Below, one piece after another: positions 28,314-41,933 of a stretch of 63,803 nt of DNA (within the stretch, counting starts at the first letter, position 1; every line of letters begins with the position of its first letter). This stretch comes from Acanthaster planci (taxonomy: Eukaryota). The stretch covers positions 1,550,789 through 1,614,591 of the forward strand of contig NW_019091356.1 of assembly GCF_001949145.1 (NCBI RefSeq), read 5' to 3'. The notes beneath the pieces are model-generated. The model saw nothing but the letters and a program-made list of their open reading frames with translations, was not told the DNA's origin and did no database searches. Both the position numbers and the translations under genes were made by a program.

Positions 28314-31300
28314 TCCACTTTTCTTTTTCTTTTTTTTTCATTTTTTTTGTAAATTACTACGATGGTTATTTTTTCAGCTTTTTAAAGCCTTTTAGTTTTA
28401 ACAGCTGTTCTTAAACATTAAAAGCATCATGGAAATGAATTGATCCAGTACATTTGCCAGGAGAGCTTGTCAGTGAATGGAGACAACCAAGATTTGTATT
28501 TGAAATTGTGTGCGTCTTTCAAATTGATAGCAGAGCATTAAAGATCGCTGGGAATCGAGGAGGAATTAGGAAATGAAATTACTTAAAGACAGTCTTTGAC
28601 CTTATGTTACATATGTCGTGTGGGTAGTTTTTTTGTAGTCGAGCATTGTTAGGTAGGATATCTTTGAAATGTTGTAGAGCACAATTTATATCACAGGATG
28701 GAAGTATATATGTAAGAATATATATTTTAATGTTTGAAAAGAAAAAGAGAATTTGCCCAGTTTTTTGGTTTCGTTTGGTGGTCGTGTGTCATGGGGCCGA
28801 TTTCAATAACCAGAAATTCTGCTAAGTAGGTTTGTTTGACACTGCATGCTAAGTGCCAACCAGTGTTACTGTGTAAGTTCCACTGGAAGTTGGCCATTTA
28901 ACGAGTAAGCATGTTTATTGTTCATTTACCGCTTAACAGGATTGCTTATTGAGAAACCGGTAACCCTCGTATTTCCCCTTGTGGTGCATTTTAATTTGGC
29001 TCTTTATTTTATCCTATTCCATTTTATGTTTGTCATCCAGAAGGTGAGAATGTTGAAACGATCCAGAACCTATGAAACTTACTAAATTCCTGAAATTGGA
29101 AATTCTCACCTAGCAACCAAAACTACACAAGAGTTTCTCGCCAATCTTTCTTCACTTTTTGTAATACCCAGTATTCCTGAGGCAAAGATACAGATTTACT
29201 TTTCTTGGCTCAAACTCCAGGATGGCAGAGTATGAGATCATCCCTGTCCAACCATGTCGGTTCCACTTTCCACACCTACTTCAAATTACAACTTCAAATG
29301 CTACCCCGAAAAACCCCCCATCTGAATAGCCCCATGAACCTTCCAAATGAGCGCTATGCCCGAAATCATTGCCAACCTTTTGCATGTACATGTTCTTTTC
29401 AATTCATTTTATTAGTCCAAGGATACGTTTCAAATCCAAACATGTTTTCAAACTGTGATCCAAAATTTCATCCTTGAAGATTTTTTTTCCAGGGGTGGGG
29501 GTGAATGTGCTTTTGAATTTTTTTTTTGGGGGGGGGTGTTTTAATTTTGAATGTGCAACTGTGTGTGTGTGTGATTTGAACTTTTTTAAGTACAGTCACT
29601 GCATGTGCAACCCGTATTCAGGCAACTTTTAGAGGTTACAGTGTGTAATCCTATTGTAGTATTGGTCATGTTAGGATATTGCAAACAGACTTGGCCCTTA
29701 GACGTTTTATTTATTTTACTATTTTATGGGGGAAGGGGGGTTGCTTGAAATCTGTATTTATGGGTCCTTGTTTCTTGTTGCTTCCAATTCATTTGCAGTA
29801 TAGAATGAGCGTTAAGCCAGGGCCTGCAATATTGTCCTGGCATTTTTATGCATTTGAAAACCAACAAAATTGAGAAGGAAACTTCGAGCTGGTACTTTGC
29901 TTGAGAACATGGTTCCATACAAACTTTTTCCAAAATGCAGACTTCTCTTTGGCTTTTGAGACACAAACACTTCACAGAATTGTGTTGGATTGCAGTTATT
30001 TCAAGCAGGAGAACAACTGCAGGAATATTTGGATATTTCTGTCTTCAGTGTGTTAATATTTGTCCTGGTACTTTCTGTCAAACTATCATTTTTGTTTTCA
30101 TCCTTATCTTTCCCCGTTGTTTCAGACCGTAGTTTATGATTTTTGTGGGGAAATTTGTCAAGCCCTCATCCCAATTCCTACCTGCCCAGATCCAGTGAAA
30201 TTCGACACATTTTAGAGAAAGTATTTGGTGACTTCAAGCCCACGCACCACCATTACTATATATGGGCAGTGATGTCTAATTTGCCTCTGTACAAAGAACA
30301 TGCCATTGGTTTTCGGACCATTTTGGATGATTTGGACAGGTTTCTAACAAAAATACCCTGGAAGTTAAAGTGAATCATTGTTGAACTTTAACCTTTGGCC
30401 ATCAGTGACCCTTGACCTATGTACCTCATTCCCACCTAGTCGTCTGTCAGATTTCAGTATTTTGCCTCCTTGTGTCGATTTTGGGTGAATTGATAGACTT
30501 AAGAAAAGTCTGTGGTGTAATTCTTGTACTTCTTGCTGGCAAGGGTCATCAAATTCTGAAATACTGTCACAGAAAATTGTTATTAGTCATACTTAAGAAT
30601 CTTTTTTTTTGTTTGGAGAAACATACTATTCTGGGTAGAGTTGATTACTTAATTTTTCCGTTCATGGTTGTGTGTTACTATTAGGTAGGTAAGTTTCATT
30701 TTGGGGAAGAATGACCTCAACTCTCTGCAAATTGGATGCCCTTGCATTTCCGGTGTGTAATTGTGTATTATACATATATGTAGGTTACGTTGCAATGGTT
30801 TTTTTTAAAAGTTACCAAATTGATATTTTTCAGATAGGTGAAAATTTTTTATTACTGAAGGATTGTTTCTTGTGAGTATTTCTCTGTAGCTCTAAAGGAA
30901 GCAATTCAGTAGGGTTTGGGAATGCAAGGTGTCGCTTATTTGGAAACAGGAAAAGGATTATGCATTGTTTTGTGCTGTGCTGTACGCACACGTTATATGC
31001 TGCCTATTCAACCAATCATTTGTGCCAAAAAAGGTGTTTTTTAATATGCACTGGTGTGGAAAAAAAAAAGTCAACATATTGGGAACCAGTTTCATGAAAA
31101 TCACAAAGTAGTTTGCTGTCTTACAAGTCAAGTTGTTCAAATGTATCATTCCTCTCATGGATTGGACGGTCAAGATCAGCCTTTTATTGTATTTTGTGCC
31201 TGCAAACAAGTCTTATAAATTGCATATTCTAATTACAAATACGTGCCAGTCAATTTTTTTTAGATCGGTTGTGTTGTGATTTTCATGGAACTGGTACCCT

Positions 31301-31599
31301 GTGATTTTTTGCCTGGTAACCGTTGCGCACAAATGCAGTTTATATTGTAATTCCACTGACACTGGTCAAGCTGAGTACTTGTAGTCACAAGCAATAGCAC
31401 CAGAATGAAGCCCTTTACATGGTAGTCGTAATATTGGCACACCTTCACAAGAGCCGTAGCAGCACCTCAGTTGTCACATTTGGAGCCGTGTCAATAGCAG
31501 CCTTGGGATAGCCGTCACCAACCGTGGAGATGGGACATGTTCTAGAGTAGTGCAATTTTGTTGGATCTGTTGATTGTGTAGATTTGGGTACCTGATAAT

Positions 31600-32300
31600 A
31601 GGTCCATAGAAGTGGTGCCTAGCCATGGCCCCGAGCTGTGGTCCATGTCACATAGTAGCAGTCAGTGGTCCACAGAAATAGTGCCTGTCCATGGCCCGAA
31701 GCCGTGGGCCATGTCCCATGATAGCGATCTGTGGTCCATAGAAGTGATGCCAGACCATGGCCTTCAGCAGTCAGTGTCTTTTGGCAGTGGTCCATGGTCT
31801 ACAGAAATGGTGCCTACCATGGCTTGTAGCATTGGTGCCAGCCCATGGCCCACAGCAGAGGTACCTGCAGCTGCCTCCTATGGCCCATAGCAGTGGTTGC
31901 TGCCAAGTAGCAGTTTTCCATGGCACATGGTCATGGCTCTTGGCATGTAGCTGTGGTCCTGACCCATGGAAGTGTTCAGCTGTGTTCCATGGCACATTGC
32001 TGTGGTCCGTTGCACATAGTTGTTGTCCACAACAAGTAACTGTGTTCTTTGACCCGTAGTGAATCCTAGCAATGGCATTGATGAGACCTATCAATCGGCT
32101 AGGCTTTTTCACAATAGCACTGGTGCCTATATCATGGCCTGTATCAGTGGTCAAAGACCTTGATCAGTAGTCCATGGCCCATAATAATGCACCTTTACTC
32201 TCAACAATGGTCCATGAACCATAGCAGTGGTCCACTGCCCATACTCTTGCCCGTAGTAGTGGTCCCTATTCATGATTTCCCAACCATGGCCCGTAGTGGT
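31600..32300. repeat. Degenerate minisatellite (GTGGTCCATGGCCC-type ~21-nt subunits, ~63-66-nt higher-order period)
   Basis: ggtccatagaagtggtgcctagccatggcc-like units at ~31601, 31667, 31733, 31796, decaying rightwards; many CCATGG palindromes. Confidence 0.75.
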
Positions 32301-32390
32301 ATTTTAAACCATTGAACCTACTCAGCTCTCCCACAAGTGCGCACAACTCAGTGAACTAGGCAAAGAGGGCCCCCAGCATATGAAGAGCAG

Positions 32391-32668
32391 GGCCCAATTT
32401 TATGGTGCTGCTTAACAGCAGAAAGTCGTGCTTACTGTAGCACAAAAATTTGCTAACTGTTGGCACTATTTCAGGACTGTGCTTAGCGTGGTTGTGCTCA
32501 CAGTTGCACACGCGTAGAGATTTCCATTGTTGCATCACTAAGTTCAGCCAGTTTTTCCTCCGAGGTTAGCGTGCATTTTGCTGTGCTTACTGCTTACTTT
32601 CTCCATGAAATAAGCTGAGCCTCTGCTGGCAAAAAATTGTGTACTTAGCAGCACTGTGAAATTGGCCC
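32391..32668. mobile_element. Harbinger/PIF-like MITE
   Basis: CAG|GGCCCAATTTTA ... TGAAATTGGCCC|CAG; 3-bp TSD, TIR 10/12, internal GCTTA/TAAGC repeats. A related degenerate copy may lie at ~28793-28966. Confidence 0.65.
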
Positions 32669-33817
32669 CAGATCTTCAGAAATCACATGCTTTGCTTACT
32701 CCCATTAAAAACCAACAAAACTCAACCTAATCTATCAAAGAAGTTTGCTGATAAGCAAACTTGCAAGTTGAAAGGCAAGTTTCGAAGTTTTCGTGTACTT
32801 AATTTTGTGTGGCCAATTTTTTTTAAGGGAGAAAGTTAACTCATGGGGGGCATTGAACATAGAGAACTTGGGGTGACCTTCATGAGATCTGTTTTGCTCC
32901 TGGGGCATCTAGGCATAAGGCTGTCAATAACTCTCCTTTAAAATCACACCTTTAAAAAAATTTTGGTATATAGATTTGGCTGGTGTTGTTTGCTAAAGAA
33001 ACGCGACCATAATTCACTCTGATTTTCTCCTCAAAAGTATTTCTGTAGAACAAGGACAAGGCCTCTTTTCAATTGACATTACATGAGAGTTCTTGGTTGG
33101 GATAGTAGAGAAGCCATCAAGCAAGACTATAACACAGGTGATATTATTTTACTTGTGTTCAATCATGATAACAGCATTTGATTGGTTTATATTTCCAATT
33201 CAGATAACTTAAATATCCTCTTTTATTAACTAAAATCGTCAGTTTTGACTCACTTTCTTCTGCTAAATCTAATCCCATTAGATCAAGTCCCAGCTGTCAG
33301 TCAACTAGTTTCCAGGCCCATTTAGAAATTGGCAATCATGAGAAGTTGGCAGTTGTTGAAGAATGTCGAAGCACTAGCTACTCACTGTTCTTTGCAACAC
33401 TGTCGACAAACGTTCAAACACAGAATTCTGTCAGGTTCCATGATCCTGTGAGCTGAGATGTGTGCATAAGCCCCCCTCCAAACACCCTGACAAGCCCCTC
33501 CCCCCACCACCAAATGCCCTGATTATATATTTTTCACGTGGACAAAACATTCTACTTGCTTTCCCCAGACTAAGTCCTTCTGTTCATTTCAACCAATGCC
33601 AAGCCACTGAATACACGTACTTGTTTTAGAGGAAAAAACTGGGGGGGAAGAGAAGAGAACTTGTACATTTAATGTTTTCTGTATAAGTAGATGAAGTCAG
33701 CCCTTGTTCTGTATGAAAGTATGCGACGTATTGGCCGGTCTCTTTGCGGATCTCAGCAATGTGTCTGTAACATGTACATTACAAGTTGTGTGCAATGTGT
33801 AAATGGATTGAACAACA

Positions 33818-33823
33818 AATAAA
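33818..33823 (+). terminator. Candidate polyadenylation signal of the R3HDM-like gene (implies a ~5.5 kb 3' UTR)
   Basis: AATAAA followed by a GT-rich tract (ctgtgttgtccttttgttt) ~30 nt downstream, at the end of a long U-rich + strand region. Confidence 0.45.
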
Positions 33824-34902
33824 TTATTATGGAAGAAAAAAAAAAGAAGGCTGTGTTGTCCTTTTGTTTACAAATACGGCACAAGAGCAAATGACAGAAT
33901 TGGCTTTCTGTTATTCTGGATATGCTTGTCGAGGAGAGATCGTGAGCATTTGTTAAATTTTACTGTCCCAGTGCTTGCACCGGTTTACAGATCATTTGAT
34001 TGGTCCCATCTCTTCACTGATTGAGCCTAGATCTGTGTGAAATGATAAATTGGTGATTATGGTTATCATAAAAAAGAAGTCTGAATTATGAGAAGTACTA
34101 AGTATTTCTCCCAGAATAATCCGAGTTGTGATTCTAGACTGGTTTCACAGAGTTTCAGGAAACTCTCTGGACATTTGAAAGAAGTTCAGATTGTCATGCA
34201 CATTTGCCAATGAATTCACAAAAATGATTCTAAACAAGCAAACCATGGGGGGTGAAGCTGGAAGACAGTTTGGACGACCCCTACTTCTTTCCTCTCTGCT
34301 AGGATCTTCATGCTTGACTCGCCACCCTCACCAGTCAAACCCAGTTTGAAATTATCAAAGTTTGGCACATAATTAAAACAAATCCAATCTGAGGAGTTCA
34401 TGCATCAAATTGTTTGTTGAAACATGGGACCCTAGATCTGTTCAGAGCATGTAGTCTGCACCACATCCTGTTGACAGAAAGGATGACTTTACCACTTGGG
34501 TGCATAAATTGTACCTAATCTCCAAGGCAATTTAGATTTTGTCAGCTTATCCCAGATTAGATTTTAAGGTAGTGGTTTTCTGGACACTCTTAAGATATGG
34601 TTTTGCTGTCTTTGCATTGTCTTTGTTACTTTTTAAAGTTGTTTAATATGAGTAGATTCCTTTTAGAAGAAAAAGTTTCTACTAAAAGGGCTGAACATTT
34701 TCTAATGAAAGGTTGTGTTGCTAGTCCGTGTGATCATAATTCAATGTTACTTTTTTTGTGCACTGTTTTAATTCTCATCAGTTCTGGCTGTCCAATGTAA
34801 TTTCTGACTTTCAAGATGCAGCCTTGACACTGAGAGTTGAGAGCTGCACATTATTCCCTTGGGCATAAAAATCCCAAGTTGACAGGTTAACCTTTGCTCC
34901 TA

Positions 34903-35002
34903 CCAATCATGCCCCCATAAATGGAATGGTACAGTCCATCTCCAAGGCAAGAAAAGAGAGCTCATACCAGGCATTCTGGGCATACCAGGCATCCCAGAAT
35001 GC
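34903..35002 (+). promoter_or_regulatory. Muscle-type promoter of the myosin light chain gene: CCAAT, CArG box, TEAD/MCAT-like sites
   Basis: CCAAT 34903-34907; perfect CArG CCATAAATGG 34915-34924; overlapping GGAATG (reverse CATTCC) 34923-34928; tandem CATACCnnnCATTCT and CATACCnnnCATCCC at ~34963-34995; 180-280 nt upstream of the ATG. Confidence 0.65.
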
Positions 35003-35180
35003 ACCTCTCTCTCTGGGCAGTCGGCCTTCCAAAGTTGTCTGTGCTGTGGTGAGCTGGTCCTTTTCTCCCTGTGTCTCCATCGGAGGTTGAAATTGCCAGG
35101 GCAGTCAGCGTTTTGGGCTGAAGGATCCTTGTGTCCATCGTTTCAATCTGGGCTTAGAACATTGAAAGAATTTCACCACA

Positions 35181-38100
35181 ATGGTAAGCATCATTCCTTC
35201 TTGGTTTCTGTGAATTCTTGTGTGACTCACTTTATGAAAAGTTGTTAGACTGGATACTATGCACATTTACTATATTTTCCTGGGTTATAGAAATATTTAT
35301 GCTCGTTACAAGTGTACCCTGGTATTCAATATTTACTATACATGTATACTTGTGCACATACGTTCTTTTATTTTGGAACATGATATTCAAAGGTAAACAT
35401 AACTGTTGAGTCTGAATGTTACCATAAATCAGAAATAAATTTTTATAACGTGTTTCTTTAATGATTTTCATCTCTTGTAACTTCATATTAATTCATTGTT
35501 TTGATTAGAGACTTCAAGTCTCTGTACTATTTACATGGTGTGTAAACATGAAATACTAAGTGACCTAAGAAAGTAGCCACACCATAAATTTAGTCTTTGA
35601 GTTCTACTCATGATTTAATTTATTCCTAGATATTCCTAGCAGATTCTGTGATCATGAATTTTAGAAATTGCTGTTTTCAGTGCTGTGAAGCTAATAATCT
35701 TATTTGACACTTTTTATTTACAGGCACGTGAACCTGGTAAATTCACAGATGACCAGGTTGAAGGTATGTCATTATATATCCTGTAAAACTGTAATTGTGG
35801 ATAAGCCATTGAAAGCAGTGATTTTCACTGTAAAAAAGATTTTACAGTAAGAACCTTGTAGTAAAAAAAGAACAAACCAGGCATATTGGTCACAGTGTCC
35901 GTTTTACAAGTGACAAATGGTCATCTTTCTCTTAAAAAACTCTACTGCTGATGTGGACCATTCTGAAAAGCTGATGGAAGGTTTTTGTGTGTTTTAGAAC
36001 AAGTTTCTTTGCAAATCCTGTTGATTCGGGAACATCAGGGTTAAACCAAAGTTCCTTCACAAATTAAATTTGTCCTCATAGTTGTCGAGGGTTGAATTTG
36101 AGTGTGTATGAAAAGGGTCTTGATTTCTCTGATAGTTGTTAGCCTAGGTTGCAGTTTAGTGACAAAAAAGACAGACCTGTCAACTCATTTAGGTGCAAAA
36201 ATATACATTTTTACACTTCCAATTATATTCACTTGGCGATAGACCATCCCTAACTGTAAATAAACCTTGACTCCAAGATATAAGCATTTGCTAAATAATA
36301 GCCAGCTTTAATTTCCCATATATTTGTCTAGTCTACCAGTAAAGGAGGTTGGGAAGAGTATTTGCTCAAAAAGAGTGTAAGGTTTAGTCAAAATAATGAG
36401 TCCGTGCGCATTTGAAATTTGGCCTTAACTTCAGTATTTGCATGGACCCATTGGGAAAACACAGGATTAGTTTACAGTTTCAGGTTGACAAATTTGAATA
36501 ATGCCCGTTGCTCTCAAGGGCATTGCATAGCCCTGTACATAATGCCAGGGTTAATGCTGGTAACCCCTTTACTGTCAGGAATTCTGAAGTGTAGTTGAAA
36601 TGGCATGATATTAACCTGAACTCTTGACCCTTTGGTAAGTTATCAGACAGGGTTGTGGGATGAATAAACACCCAAATGATGTGGCAAGAGAGGTCTTGGG
36701 ACCTAACTTTGGAAGTGAAACACTTTGGTCCAGAAGTATTGAACTTGATTTTTTGTGATGGGTGAATCATATGCAGAATGTGGTCAAAATTTGTTGAATA
36801 TTTACTTTTGGTATTAAAATTATTTTTTACACAAAATAAGGAAAGCCTAATATTTTGATCCTTGGAGAATTTTTCTCAAAGGCAAAAAGAAAGAAACAAA
36901 TTATTTTTGCAAATGAATTGTGAAAATATTTGCTGTTGGAAGGAGCACTTGCATTGAGAAGCTTACTATTAAAAAGTAGTGACAGGGATACTTAATACTT
37001 TTGGGGAGAATATCCTGTCCTGTTTGAAAATGTGCTTTCAGAATCCCATGGTTATTACTGAGTGCAACTGATGTTCAAGAAATTGGAAATTCTAACAACC
37101 CTGGCAGGGTGTAATTTTGGACTAGACTAAACAACCAATATATTTGCAAAATGGATTAATACGGGTGTTGCTAGATCACCTAATACTCCTAATGTTTGCC
37201 AAGTTCTTGGCTTGTTTGCAGATCAATATTATACTAGATCTGTTCATTAATTTAGTGATGACAGACACAGTGACCTGTGCATGCATTGGCGCATCCGGTC
37301 AACTCTGGCAATTTGAACAGGAGAGTTAGGTGTCGGTAAGATTCATAGACTTTTCATGAGAAGGTGTTGAACCCTAAAAAGCAAACAACACAAACTCTTG
37401 AGAGCGACAAAAACAAAGAAAGAAATTAGGATGATGCCGTGTTTGTAGTTACTTACATTTTATGTCATAATTATTTGGAATTGGTGTGACAGTTCATCAA
37501 GTTCGTAAGACTGACAAGACACAAAATGTTACTTTGAGAAACCACTTTGTGAAATTGAGAGGGATCTCACAAAAGATTCAGTTTTTGAACTACTAAGGAC
37601 ATAAGCTCATTACTTTTGAATTTTCTCCATTTTAATGTGAAAACTATTTTTTTGTTTTTATTGAATTGATTTATTCAGAAAGTAAACAATGGAATTTCCA
37701 AGAAACAAACAGTCAAGACTTAAGTCAAATTCCAATTTTATTATATTCGGCATTTTTTAATATTATGCCAGTATAGAAGTAGCTACCATGGACCCCAGCA
37801 CACAGTGCAGGTCACACGTTCCATTTATTGGAAAAAGAATAGCCAGTGAGCACTTTTGTAGGATATGTACTGGCTCAGATGCATGACTTTTTGAAAGGGA
37901 AGAGGGTTCAGGCCATTTAGAACCCCCCCCCTCCACCTGCCTGTGACCTCTAAGGATATCCAATAGAAGAGAAGCATACCTTTGAATTGGGAAGTCCCTT
38001 TAATGCTTCTGGCTTCCGCTTGTCTGGTATGTGAACTCCATGTATGGTGAGTGCCAATGGTATGGCCAGACACCACACACACATATTATACTGAGCTGGT

Positions 38101-41100
38101 TGCCCCACACCTTATTTGTACATGGCTTCTCCCTAGTATGCACTCAGAGAGAGAGAGAGACTGCGAGCAATGAGATAGTGCTCTTAGCTAGCTGGGCTGC
38201 ATCTGACTAGTGATGGAGTCAGAGGCTGTATGACGCTGCCTCGTCAGCCTCTGGAAGATTAACAAGATCATGGCTATCAGAAGAAATAGCTGTGGCTCTT
38301 ACCATAGGATGCTGTGCTAGGTGTTAGGATAATTTCGGAATTTTTAAAAGTGTTTCTTGAGTTTCAGCCTTTAACTTAAAAGAATCTCAAATTATATTTG
38401 ATAGGCACTCTTATCTGGTTTCTTGGGACTGAGAAAGGTTTTGCATTTGCTGTAGGATGATAGACATTTGTCTTTCTGTGCATCTGTTTCAAACCTCAAA
38501 GTATCAGCACACTAAATGATATCGATGTATGATTTAGTTTGTTCGTACTTCCAAATTGCTATTTGAAGTGTAAAATAATGAAATCTAAATGTTGATGGTA
38601 TCAACCCCATTCTGGAAGGCCGATTCAAAACTTCATTTTGTGCGCTCAGTGTTTACAACTACAGTGCGTTTGATAATGCAGCTGGCTTTACTGACATGTT
38701 TCATTTATTCCTTACCAACATGCTCAGTGATTTAATCAGAATTTAATCAAGACAGGGAGGCTGGTACTCTTTTTACAAAAAAAAAACATTTTTAGTGGCC
38801 TTGCATTCCACTATTTACTCAACTACAAAAATCTCAAATTCTTTCTGTAGCTTGATGGTTGCTAGTCACTCACAAGGAAGAGCTCAATAGTTTCTCTTTC
38901 TTGTGATAAGTGAATACTTGAAAAGATCCCACATAATGGGACTTGTTCCTTAATATTTCTGATGCCCAAAAGTCAAAGTTATGTCTCCTGTGTTAATGTC
39001 AATGACTTACAAAGCATGACTGCAGTACTGTTGTACATCTCTTTGCTGAAACAAACCAGAGAACTATTTGGTAGTACACTTGGCGTGCACTACAACATTG
39101 CTGCTTTTCTATTAAAAATGTCTTTATTTCTCTGTGCAGAGTTCAAGGAAATCTTCAATCTCTTTGATAAGATCGGAGACCACAAAATCCCCAGCACGGA
39201 TGTTGGCAATGTCTGCCGGTGCATTGGCCACAACCCCACGCTGGCAGAGATCAAAAAGCTCATAGGCAAAGCTGATGAATGTAAGAATTGTTGAAGATGT
39301 GATCGCTTTACCTTGGAATGAATTATCCTTTTCTAAAACAAAATAGTGTAATCAAGACATTGAGGCATACATTGTATTTACTAGAAATAGTTTATTAATC
39401 AGGTTGGTGATGCATTTTTGCTAACATTTGTTGCTAACTTGAGAATATTATGTGATATCCTAAAATTGACATTGAGCTAGTTTTAAATTATTCTTATGCT
39501 TGCCTCAGAAGCAGGGACAACTAGAATTGAACTGATTTCCATTCATTTAGTGTTGCTTGTGAATCTTACTTTTTCAAAAACACAGCATGATTGGTCAAAG
39601 ATCCCAAGCATTTTCAGTATTAAAATGTTCCGTTAGCCACAATCATAGGTTGCATTATTTGGCTATGAACAAATTAATTTCCTTGAACTCAAAACATGTT
39701 ACATTGTACTTTGAATTCCAGTTGACAGAAGTGCTACAGTTGTACTGCCTTTAAGTAAGAGACTTATTAGGATAAGTGTCTTGTTTTGGATGCTTTTTGT
39801 CCTTTTAACCCACTTTAAGAGACAGTTGATATTGTGTTCTTGCTCTTTCAGATGACCGCTTCACGTTTGAGGAATTTCTTCCCATGTTGGTCGACGTGGC
39901 AAAAAGCAAAGAAGTGGGGGTGTTTGAGGATTACCTGGAGGGTCTCAAAGTGTTTGATAAGGAAGCGAATGGGTTGATCTCAGCTGCAGAGTTACGCCAT
40001 GTTCTGACAGCTCTCGGTATGAACTATAGATTGTTTACAGGAACCCCCAAATGTCGCCCTGACTTAAAACCTCATTTGCAAAGACTGCAGTCAAGTTATC
40101 AGTTTCATTAACTTGATGATAGCATAATCTCAGACCAGCCTGGCTGTTGAATTGATTCTTGGCCCTGATGAAATCCTGTGATGTTAGAGATTTCTCTGTT
40201 TTCATACTTAGAGGAGCCTATCATGTTCCAGTGAGTCACACTCGGAACTGAATCATACGTGTTTAGTTTCTGCCATGATATTTTGGGAAGTTCTTCCGTA
40301 ACAACATTATTTCAAGAAGATCAGCGTATTCTTTTTTTCTAAAACCCAATTCCTTTCAGAGGATTGGAAATAAATAGAAATAGGTCATGCATAGGCTGGC
40401 TGTTCAGAAGAGAAATTCACAATTTGTGTAGAAAGTGTTAAACTAGTTTCAAACCATTCAAAGGGATACTTTAAATTGAGTGTCCCACCTAGGACACTAC
40501 CGTCAGAACAATCTCAGCCCCATCTTAAGTCTCAAAAATGTTAACTAATAGTTGGGCAATTTTAATACTTTTCTTCGCTGTAGGTGAGAAGCTTACGGAT
40601 GATGAAATGGACATCCTGTTGGCTGGTCATGAGAATGAGAAAGGAATGATTGATTATGAAAGTAAGTAGGTCAAGAATAGGGAAACATGGACTAACAGGT
40701 GCTGCATATCACCAGCTAGTCAAGGGCAAATCCAGTGGGACTGAGGGGAGCCAGTGATGCTTTGTTCCCTCCAAAAGGAGTCCTCCAGTGTGTTTGTGAA
40801 AAGTGACCAGAGAAGGGCAGTTTTCTACTTTCTTTACTTTCCAAAAGCATAAAAACGGTAGCAAAATGTAGCCTCGATTGTCGGAAAGGCCATACAAGAT
40901 TTTCAAACTTTTGACCCCCTCAAAAGAAAAATTTGGGGGGGGGGTTACAAAAAATTTGATTGTGGTTCTGTGAATTGGTGTTTTTGTTGTAATCATTTTG
41001 GCAAGTCAGTCAACATGGAATGGGCTCGTTTGTAGAAGGTGTGGACAGTATCATTACATGTCTGTCAGGCTTATCCTCAGGACTAGGACTCTACTTTGGC

Positions 41101-41474
41101 ATTAATCCTTTGACCAGCATTTCAGGCATCGCTCGGGGTCCAGTAGATATTTATGGAAAGCAATATCTCTTCCAGAATGAGCCTGAAAAATTAATCCAGA
41201 TTTGGACGTGGGTCTGGATTATTTTGCTTATTTAGTGGCTTAAAGTTAGATGAGCTAGGAGAACAAGTGTAATTGTTTCTTTGAGAAGATGGAAAGATTT
41301 TGGAAAACTGGGGGGTCCATTGCAGTGTATTTCTATATTTGAAAGCTTATTTACCCTTATTTAGACCAAAGATTCATCTGTGCAAAGCAGATGACATTGT
41401 AATTTTCCACCTCTCTTCTCTTCTGTCTTTCTGTAGAATGGATCAAGAGCATTATGGTCACGCTTCAAGACTAG
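35181..41474 (+). CDS. MYL6: Myosin essential (alkali) light chain, EF-hand protein; 6 exons, 154 aa
   Basis: Exons 35181-35183 (ATG only, then GTAAGC), 35724-35763, 39140-39280, 39852-40016, 40584-40661, 41437-41474 (465 nt). Translation [31 protein letters not shown]...[11 protein letters not shown]...[10 protein letters not shown]...[69 protein letters not shown] is a typical ELC. An ATG-only first exon is typical of the calmodulin superfamily. Confidence 0.93.
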
Positions 41475-41927
41475 CTGCTAGTCCCCATTCACTGCCTTAC
41501 ATCTGTCTGTTGGATTTTTAATGTGTTTGAAAAGATGTCTTCCAGAAAGTAAACCAAACCCTAAGAATGAAACTGCCGACTAAAGTTGATTTTGCTCAAG
41601 GGTCAATCTTGTAAATAAGACTCACTCAAGAAATCGACAGCATTTGAAGAACAAACAAGCCAAGTTTTAGTCCCTTTCTGTGCAGTGTTAACCAGCGATT
41701 TAAGATCTCACCCAAGGATTCCAAAACACTGTGCTTAAAGTGTTTTCCTCCTCCAGCACAATTCTAATGCTTGATCATATCCCAATCCTCGTGTTTTAGT
41801 CCATCTGCTATTTCAAGCAGTGTTTGTGTCAACCACTCGGCTTCAGTTGATGAATCTGACATTCAGGTTTAGAACTTACACCTCTTCAACGATTTAATAG
41901 TGTGCTAAGATTTCATGGAATTTCTTT

Positions 41928-41933
41928 AATAAA
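41928..41933 (+). terminator. Candidate polyadenylation signal of the myosin light chain gene
   Basis: AATAAA ~450 nt after the stop codon. Confidence 0.35.

Noticed and set aside
31600..32300. Repeat-spacer appearance resembling a CRISPR array; ORFs over the repeat
   Set aside because: Eukaryotic context, degenerate repeats without unique spacers, and no cas genes; the ORFs are repeat by-products.
33725..33746. CCGGTCTCTTT matches the 3' half of miR-128, which vertebrate R3HDM1 and ARPP21 host
   Set aside because: The seed (TCACAGTG) is absent, no convincing precursor hairpin is seen, and it is not intronic; an 11-nt chance match.
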